Positions 53,695 to 60,419 of a DNA stretch of 64,000 nt are shown one piece after another. The notes beneath the pieces are model-generated. The model searched no databases. It was given only the letters and a program-made list of their open reading frames with translations, and was not told where the DNA came from. The position numbers and the translations under genes are program-made. Numbering within the stretch: the first letter of the stretch is position 1; every line of letters starts with the position of its first letter. The stretch spans positions 92 to 64,091 of the forward strand of contig CAKZRW010000066.1 of assembly GCA_937148845.1 (NCBI GenBank). The letters run 5' to 3'. This DNA is from an uncultured Actinomycetes bacterium. Its GTDB lineage: Bacteria > Actinomycetota > Thermoleophilia > RBG-16-64-13.

Positions 53695-54600
53695 ATGAAC
53701 ACTGCCCTTGATACACCAGCCCGGGCAAGCGGTATGGAGAGCCTACGATCTGTGACTGGCAGAGCCCGTCGGCAAGGCGCGTTGTGCCCCGCCTGGCCCT
53801 CTCCTCTGGCCATGCCCTTCTTGCTCGGGACTGTGCTACTGCTTCTCGTGGGGGCGGCTCTCTTCTCTGCCTGTAAAGCGGAGACTTCCGTCACGAGCGC
53901 CGGCTCCCCGGGCTCGCAAGCTGTCTCAGCCACCGAACCCGAGCCAACCGCCCGGGAGGTGGAGTTCACTAGCACGGACGGCCTACGGTTGAGCGGCCGC
54001 TTGTTCGGCTCAGGTAACAGGGGCGTGGTACTTGCCCACATGTATCCGGCTGACCAGACCAGTTGGGCTGAGACCGCCACCCGCTTGGCAGAAGAGGGCT
54101 ATCTCGTCCTTACCTTCGATTTTCGCGGCTACGGCGATTCGCAGGGCGACCGCGACATCGCCCATCTCGACCGCGACGTCATGGGAGCCGTCACCTATCT
54201 ACGTACTCAGGGAGCAACCGAGCTCGCCCTGATCGGGGCTTCCATGGGGGGTACCGCCTGCCTCATAGCCGCCGACCAAGCCCAGCTACTTTCCAGCATC
54301 CGACTCGCGGGAGTAGCGGCTCTGTCCGCACCCGTCGAATTCAAAGGCTTGTGCGCGGCTAGTGCCGTACCAAGGTTGGTGGTGCCTCTCCTTCTTATTG
54401 CTGCAGAAAGAGACGTCGGGGCTGAGGGGGCCCAGGCCTTGGCAGCTTTGGCAACCACGAGTGGCGACGCCGAGGTAGGTAGAGTCCAGCTGCACCTCCT
54501 CCCGGGAAGCGACCACGGCACCAATCTCCTCACAGGCGACCAAGGAGAGACCGTGTACTCCCTGCTCCTAAGCTTCCTGGAGGTCACCCTAGGGAAGTGA
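53695..54600 (+). CDS. Secreted/lipoprotein alpha/beta hydrolase
   Basis: Signal with LFSAC lipobox, DFRGYGDS, GASMGG. A paralogue of the 21397 gene. The start may be the ATG at 53734 or 53812. Confidence 0.7.
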   Translation: MNTALDTPARASGMESLRSVTGRARRQGALCPAWPSPLAMPFLLGTVLLLLVGAALFSACKAETSVTSAGSPGSQAVSATEPEPTAREVEFTSTDGLRLSGRLFGSGNRGVVLAHMYPADQTSWAETATRLAEEGYLVLTFDFRGYGDSQGDRDIAHLDRDVMGAVTYLRTQGATELALIGASMGGTACLIAADQAQLLSSIRLAGVAALSAPVEFKGLCAASAVPRLVVPLLLIAAERDVGAEGAQALAALATTSGDAEVGRVQLHLLPGSDHGTNLLTGDQGETVYSLLLSFLEVTLGK

Positions 54601-54824
54601 CCCCGGCCCGCGACAGCTTCCGGCGCCGAGCCCGAGTAGGCCGCCTGCGCGAGCAATTGGCCGACAGGCCCGCGGGCCGGTGGTCTCCTGCCTCGGGGTT
54701 AGCCGGCAGTCCATCTGGGGAAATCCAGTGGGAAGTACTAGGCGATCGGCCTAATCCAAGACAAGCGACCGAATGGTCGGCGCCGCCGACACGGCCCCGG
54801 GCAGACCCCGTTGAAGGAGACGGC

Positions 54825-55226
54825 ATGAGACCTACGCACGCACCAGGCTGGCTGGTCCTGGGATTTTTCTTGGTACTCTTCCTCCCGCTTCTTGCGGCTG
54901 GCGGCTGCGGGGATTCCCAAACGACGACCACACTGGCGACCACCTCCGGCAGTGGCGAGACTTCGAACCCGACCCCAGGGGAGCAGACCTTCACCTTAGA
55001 GCAACTGGCCAAGTTCGACGGCAAGGACGGACGGCCCGCCTACGTGGCCGTCGACGGCATCGTCTACGACGTCTCCACCAGCCTGAGCTGGCAAGAGGGG
55101 ACTCATTCGCGCTGCAACCTAGGCGCCTCGGCCGGGAGAGATCTTTCCGAACTCATCAAGCAGGCCCCGGCTAGCATGCGCGGACTCCTGGCCCGTATGC
55201 CCGTGGTGGGGAAGCTCGTCGAGTAG
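54825..55226 (+). CDS. Lipoprotein with a cytochrome b5-like heme/steroid-binding domain
   Basis: Lipobox LAAGGC, Thr/Ser linker, FTLEQLAKFDGKDGRPAYVAVDGIVYDVS. AAGGAG lies 6 nt before the ATG. Confidence 0.75.
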   Translation: MRPTHAPGWLVLGFFLVLFLPLLAAGGCGDSQTTTTLATTSGSGETSNPTPGEQTFTLEQLAKFDGKDGRPAYVAVDGIVYDVSTSLSWQEGTHSRCNLGASAGRDLSELIKQAPASMRGLLARMPVVGKLVE

Positions 55227-55290
55227 GCCAGCCGGGTGACGAAAGTAGCGGCCATAAGTATTTCCGCCCCCAGACTTGCGTGAGCGCCCG

Positions 55291-55965
55291 ATGAGTCGAC
55301 AGGCGTGTACCGGTTGGGCCCGCCGGCTCTTCCAGTCACTCTTTGTCCTTGCTGGCCTCGCCCTCCTGGCCGTGCCCCCCGTAGTCATCACCCTTTCCGG
55401 CACCGCCGGGGCGGATCCGCTGTGGACCTTCCTGCGCCTGGTCGGACTCGAGGCATTCATGGTTCTGTTTCTCAATCTGGTCTTGGGCGCCTATCGACCT
55501 TTCCTGGCCCGCCTCGCCAGACCGCGTCCCCTCCAGCGGCTGCACCTCTTGGCCGGGATCGCAGCGTTCGCCCTCGCCCTCAGTCACGGGGCGTCTGTGT
55601 TCATCTTCGGCATCCTGGGCTACCCCACCCACGGACTCTGGATCGGACCCGGCGTGCTCGTCGCTCTCTTCGTAACCATCGCCTCCGCCTTGCTCAGAAC
55701 CAGACTGGCGAGCTACTGGCGCTATCTACACCGTCTGAACTACGCTCTTTTCTTGGCCGCTCTCGCCCATGCTGTGATCCTGGGGACCGACCTCCGCTCC
55801 AACCGTGTCCTTCTCGCCTGCGCTCTGCTCTTTGCAGTGGTCGCCGCCTGCGGTCTCGCTTATAGGCTCCTGCGCACACGGCTGTCCTCTAGGCAGGCCC
55901 GGCCCCCTAGTCGCTCCCCCGGGCCAGGCCCGAGCTCTGCCGAGGAGCCGTCACTCGAGTCATAA
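55291..55965 (+). CDS. Ferric-reductase-like (YedZ/MsrQ-type) transmembrane heme protein
   Basis: Six TM helices with paired His (LHLLAG...SHG and YLHRLNY...AHAV). Confidence 0.7.
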   Translation: MSRQACTGWARRLFQSLFVLAGLALLAVPPVVITLSGTAGADPLWTFLRLVGLEAFMVLFLNLVLGAYRPFLARLARPRPLQRLHLLAGIAAFALALSHGASVFIFGILGYPTHGLWIGPGVLVALFVTIASALLRTRLASYWRYLHRLNYALFLAALAHAVILGTDLRSNRVLLACALLFAVVAACGLAYRLLRTRLSSRQARPPSRSPGPGPSSAEEPSLES

Positions 55966-56027
55966 CGGCTACCCCTAGCCGCAAGCCTTCGTTGCTATTA
56001 CGTTGAGATAAACACGAGCTGGAGCGA

Positions 56028-56486
56028 ATGATGAACCAAGAGGCCGAGCCGAAGCCGCCGACTTCCTCCTCCCGACGGATGAGGCGCGAGAAGCAGACGG
56101 TGACCCTTATGATCCAGCTTTACTGCCGAGACCACCATGGCGGGCCGCTTTGTGCCGAGCGCTCAGCGTTGTTGACTTATGCCCTGACCAGAGTGGACGC
56201 CTGTCCCTTCGGCGCCGACAAACCGGTGTGCTCCCGCTGCCTAGTCCACTGTTACCGACCGACTATGCGCGAGCGTATCCGGGAAGTCATGCGCTACGCC
56301 GGGCCACGCATCACCCGCCACCACCCATATCTGGCCCTGCGGCACCTGCTTGACCGCCGCAAGCCGCCCCGGAGACGGGACCAAGACGGAGCCGCCCCGG
56401 TTTCGAACCTCCAAGACCAGGGAACCAACCATGACGAAGCGCCGCTCGCCGGCAAGCCTGGAGCCGACCCCTCTCAACCGCGATAA
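56028..56486 (+). CDS. Nitrous-oxide-stimulated promoter (YgbA-like) family Cys-rich protein
   Basis: REKQTV..MI..YC...H....LC..C..L..YA..R...CPFG..KP.C..C..HCY motif string. Confidence 0.7.
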   Translation: MMNQEAEPKPPTSSSRRMRREKQTVTLMIQLYCRDHHGGPLCAERSALLTYALTRVDACPFGADKPVCSRCLVHCYRPTMRERIREVMRYAGPRITRHHPYLALRHLLDRRKPPRRRDQDGAAPVSNLQDQGTNHDEAPLAGKPGADPSQPR

Positions 56487-56537
56487 TTAAACCGCGCTGA
56501 CGAGGTTAGACAGGATGACTGTTCGGGAGGATCACTC

Positions 56538-56780
56538 ATGACTGAAGAGCTGCAGCCCGCCCAAACCCTGGACTGCATCGGGCTGCTATGCCCTGAGCCC
56601 CTCTTCCGCACTCGGCAGACCATCGACCAACTCAAGGACGGAGAGATCCTTGAGGTGCTGGCCGATGACCCAGCCGCCGAGGGCGACTTGAATCGCTTTG
56701 CCAAGCGCACGGGCAATGAGATAGTGAAGGTAGAGCACGAAGAAGATCATGTGCGGATACTCATCCGCAAGAAGGGTTGA
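56538..56780 (+). CDS. TusA/SirA-like sulfur carrier
   Basis: LDCIGLLCPEPL (CPxP motif), 80 aa. Confidence 0.85.
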   Translation: MTEELQPAQTLDCIGLLCPEPLFRTRQTIDQLKDGEILEVLADDPAAEGDLNRFAKRTGNEIVKVEHEEDHVRILIRKKG

Positions 56781-56800
56781 CGAGGGGACGGCCAACAACT

Positions 56801-58000
56801 ATGAAGACAGAGCACCCGGCCAGGGACCGACCCCTGGTCTATCTCGATTATCAAGCAGCCAAGCCTGTCGACCCCCGCGTCGTGGAGGCTATGCTGCCGT
56901 ATTTCACGGAGCGGTTCGCCAATCCCGCCTCGCTTCACACCATGGGGGACGAGGCGGCCGAGGCGATGGAGAGCGCTCGCCGCACCATCGCCGCTTTCAT
57001 CAATGCCAGGCCGGAGGAGATCATCTTCACATCCGGAGCTACCGAGTCCAACAACCTGGCCCTGGTCGGTTACGCCTTGCGCAACCGGCGCAAAGGCAAC
57101 CACATAGTGATATCCGAGATGGAGCACATCTCCATCCACAACCTTGCCAAGTACCTGGAGAAGAACGGTTTCGAGGTCTCCCGCATCCCCCTCGACCTCT
57201 ACGGCCGGGTGGATCCGGCCAAGGTCCGCGCGCGCATCCGTGACGACACCATCCTGGTATCCGTGGGCATGGCCAGCAACGAGATAGGCACCCTGCAACC
57301 CATCCGCGAGATCGGGGAGCTCCTGCAGGGAAAGGGCATCGCTTTCCACACTGATGCGGTGGCGGCGGAGGGACTGCTGCCGCTGGACGTCGAACGGGAT
57401 CACCTCGATCTCATGAGTCTGTCCTCCAACGATATCTACGGGCCGCGGGGGCTCGGCGTGCTCTATGTCCGCAAGGGCATCCCTCTTACTCCCCTCATGA
57501 TTGGCGGCGGTCAGGAGAACGGGCTGCGCTCGGGCTCTGAGAATGTCGCTGCCATCGTGGGCATGAGTCGGGCCGCCGAGATCATGAGGGAAGAAAGAGA
57601 GCAGGAGGTAGCTCGCCTGCGCACTTTGCGCGACCGCCTGATTGAAGGCGTGCTCGCTACGGTGCCCAAGTCCTTCCTGAACGGACATCCCAGCGCACGC
57701 TTGGCTAACAACGCCCATTTCCGCTTCACAGGGATCGAGGGCGAATCCCTGGTTCTTCTGCTCCGCGACGAAGGCATCCAAGCTGCTACCGGCTCAGCCT
57801 GTTCGTCGAAGACCCTCGAGCCTTCGCATACGCTCATCGCCTGCGGCTTGCTCCACGAAGAGGCCCACGGCTCCTTGGAGCTCACCCTGGGCCGCTTCAC
57901 TCGCCCCGAGGACATCGAGGCCGCCCTGGAGGCGGTTCCTCGAGCGGTTAGACGACTGCGCCAGCTCTCCCCGCTTTACAAGGAGGAGGTTCCCTCATGA
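56801..58000 (+). CDS. IscS/NifS-like class V aminotransferase-fold protein lacking the PLP lysine
   Basis: GATESNN, FHTDAV and ATGSACSS (Cys loop) are present, but the canonical S-G-H-K is S-S-N-D (57422-57433). Confidence 0.85.
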   Translation: MKTEHPARDRPLVYLDYQAAKPVDPRVVEAMLPYFTERFANPASLHTMGDEAAEAMESARRTIAAFINARPEEIIFTSGATESNNLALVGYALRNRRKGNHIVISEMEHISIHNLAKYLEKNGFEVSRIPLDLYGRVDPAKVRARIRDDTILVSVGMASNEIGTLQPIREIGELLQGKGIAFHTDAVAAEGLLPLDVERDHLDLMSLSSNDIYGPRGLGVLYVRKGIPLTPLMIGGGQENGLRSGSENVAAIVGMSRAAEIMREEREQEVARLRTLRDRLIEGVLATVPKSFLNGHPSARLANNAHFRFTGIEGESLVLLLRDEGIQAATGSACSSKTLEPSHTLIACGLLHEEAHGSLELTLGRFTRPEDIEAALEAVPRAVRRLRQLSPLYKEEVPS

Positions 58001-58833
58001 AATCCACCAGCTACTCTGAGAAGACCCTCGATCACTTCCGCAATCCCCGCAATGTCGGTGTGCTGGAAGGCGACGACGTTGCCATCGGTCGAGTCGGCAA
58101 CCCGGTCTGTGGAGATCTCATGGAGATGTACATCCGTGTCCGGGACGACCGTATCGAGGACATCAAATTCCAGACCTTCGGCTGCGGCTCGGCAGTGGCC
58201 ACCAGCAGTATGATCACCGAGTTGGTCAAGGGCATGACCCTGGACGAAGCTCTCAAGGTCACCCGGAGCGACGTGGCGGACGCCCTGGACGGTCTTCCCC
58301 CCATCAAGATGCACTGCTCCAACCTGGCTGCCGATGCTCTGCATGACGCCATCAACAACTGGCGACAAGGTATCAAGCTGGAGCCCATGGATCCTTTGGC
58401 GGTGCCTGCCAAAGCCTGTGGGCCTCAGGCCCCGGCCGCACCAGCCGCGACTGAAGCGGCGCCGGCGGTCGCCGAGCCCGCCGGCGCGGATGACTACCTC
58501 GGGAAAGGCTACTACCGTAGCCGGCCCGATCCAGCGCACTTGCAGGACCTGCGCCTGCTCGTAGTCGACGCCGGGCCAGACTCGTTGGCCTACGCTCTTG
58601 AGGCAGCCGGGCAGGCCGCGCGGGTGGTTTTTCTGTCACCTGCCGCCTACCTTCCCGGCGACGCCGACCTCAAAGCCCGGGCTAAACAGTCCGACCTCAA
58701 GATCCTTCTACGCAGTGAGCCGCTTGCGCTCGGCGGGGAAGGCGTCTTGGAGAAGATCCGCGTCCATGACCTCGACGAGGACGAGGAGTACGAGCTGTTC
58801 GTGGACGCCGTGGTGTTCTTGACCAAGTCCTGA
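57997..58833 (+). CDS. IscU-type Fe-S scaffold fused to a degenerate thioredoxin-reductase-like NAD(P)-domain fragment
   Basis: GNPVCGD, FGCGSAVA and LPPIKMHCS form the IscU domain. An Ala/Pro linker follows, then ~110 aa alignable to the TrxB NADPH domain without CxxC or GxGxxG. Confidence 0.85.
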   Translation: MKSTSYSEKTLDHFRNPRNVGVLEGDDVAIGRVGNPVCGDLMEMYIRVRDDRIEDIKFQTFGCGSAVATSSMITELVKGMTLDEALKVTRSDVADALDGLPPIKMHCSNLAADALHDAINNWRQGIKLEPMDPLAVPAKACGPQAPAAPAATEAAPAVAEPAGADDYLGKGYYRSRPDPAHLQDLRLLVVDAGPDSLAYALEAAGQAARVVFLSPAAYLPGDADLKARAKQSDLKILLRSEPLALGGEGVLEKIRVHDLDEDEEYELFVDAVVFLTKS

Positions 58834-58879
58834 TCAAGCGGAAACGCGGCCCACTCACCCGGCCAGGGAGCCGAGCTGC

Positions 58880-60367
58880 TCAGTGGGCCAGCGAGCGCAG
58901 TCGCTCCAGAATGCGGACCAGGGCCAGCGTGTCAGTAGCGCAGTAACCACGCAGGTCGGCGAAGACCTGTTCGCGCTCCTCCTCCCCAAGCTGGCCATGC
59001 ACGGCCTGGGCCCACCGCAGACTGGCCACGTCGCCGCTTGATACTGCCAAACCCTGGTAACAAAGATCGGGTACCAAGGCCGGCAGGACATACTTGAGGG
59101 AAGTCCGTCCGCGAAAGCCAGGGTGCTGCACGTACTCGCGGATCACCTGCTCCAAATCGAACAGTCGGCCCTGCACCGCGACCAGCCGCGGAGCCAGGTC
59201 GGGTACTTCGGGAAGCAGTGACTCGATCAGCCGCCGTTCAAAGGAAGTGTACACGACAATAGGTCCTTGACCTTCGACCGCCTCCAGCAGGCTCTCGGCG
59301 AAGGGGCGACGGGGGTCGCTACTGTCGGTGTGGAGAAACCCCCGGTGGCGCAGATCCCCATCCAGGACGTGGCACGACCACTGCACCGGCACCGGCTGAT
59401 ACGGACGGGTCCGCGGATAGAGCGGCACCGCGGGACCGAAGGTCTCGAAGCCAAGGAAGTAAAGGGGCTCGTCAAGGACCTCCAGCACCTCAGCCAGGCC
59501 GGGCGCTATCCGTAGCTCCCTCGTGCGTGCGAGATAACAGAGGGTGCGTTGCCGCGCAGTGAGGCCCGGAAAGTCCAGCGGGACATCACGCAAGGAGTAG
59601 TAGCCGCTCGCGATCAGCGCGTCGAGGACATCCTCGCTTACACGGGGGAGTTCGGTGACCGCGTATTCAGGAAGAAACTCGTGGCAGCGACCATAGTAGT
59701 AACGGCACGGATACGGGTCCTCGCAGCGTCTTCCGATGGGAACTTGAGGCTGGGGCCCCAAGAGCATCCGCCGCATCCCGGCAAGAAGCTCGGGAATCTG
59801 GGGCAGCAGGACCGCCACTTCGGCGGTCAGGTCGACCTCGACGAAAAGCTCGCCGAGATCGTAGGGTCCCCCGGGCCACTCGTAACCCGTGTTGAGGTGA
59901 ACAAGGCGAGCGCTGGAAACGGGGACGCCCGCCCCGGAGAGGACATAGGCCTGGATGGCGAGGTCGGGCAGGTGTTCATCCTTGGCGGAGGCCGAAGACT
60001 TGACCTCGAGAAGCACCCATTCATCGAGGTCTTCGCGGAACAGGATGTCGGCCCGAACCAGTACCCCGTCGTGAGCGAAAGCCCCCTCATACAGGCAGTC
60101 CACCCCTTCAGCGAGCAGCCGCCGGGTAGTGCCGACCGCCTGCCAGCTCTGAGTGTGATCCTCCTCTACCAATATCCCGCCTGCGTAGCGTTCGCGGGCC
60201 AGCGCCCCGACCAGATGCCCCTGGTCGAAGAGAGCTTGGCTTGCTTCATCGACAGGATCGGCAAGACCAGGCTCATGGCAATCGAGCCACAAGGACTTCG
60301 GGCACCGCAGGCCGCTCAGGAACCGGGTCTTGGAAAGACGTGGCGAGATCTTGGCGCTCATGAACAT
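58880..60367 (-). CDS. DUF2779 family protein (PD-(D/E)XK nuclease N-domain + RNase-H-like C-domain)
   Basis: LSKTRFLSGLRCPKSLWL, ...ADIL......LLEVKSS... and a C-terminal exonuclease-like region. Confidence 0.65.
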   Translation of the reverse strand: MFMSAKISPRLSKTRFLSGLRCPKSLWLDCHEPGLADPVDEASQALFDQGHLVGALARERYAGGILVEEDHTQSWQAVGTTRRLLAEGVDCLYEGAFAHDGVLVRADILFREDLDEWVLLEVKSSASAKDEHLPDLAIQAYVLSGAGVPVSSARLVHLNTGYEWPGGPYDLGELFVEVDLTAEVAVLLPQIPELLAGMRRMLLGPQPQVPIGRRCEDPYPCRYYYGRCHEFLPEYAVTELPRVSEDVLDALIASGYYSLRDVPLDFPGLTARQRTLCYLARTRELRIAPGLAEVLEVLDEPLYFLGFETFGPAVPLYPRTRPYQPVPVQWSCHVLDGDLRHRGFLHTDSSDPRRPFAESLLEAVEGQGPIVVYTSFERRLIESLLPEVPDLAPRLVAVQGRLFDLEQVIREYVQHPGFRGRTSLKYVLPALVPDLCYQGLAVSSGDVASLRWAQAVHGQLGEEEREQVFADLRGYCATDTLALVRILERLRSLAH

Positions 60368-60419
60368 AGGCTAGCACCAGCCGCGGACGGACGAAGCCGC
60401 AACGCCTCAAGCGGGCTGC

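Noticed and set aside
56747-57781. 344-aa ORF antisense to the IscS-like gene
   Set aside because: No motifs, and the sense strand encodes a well-conserved protein. A high-GC artefact.
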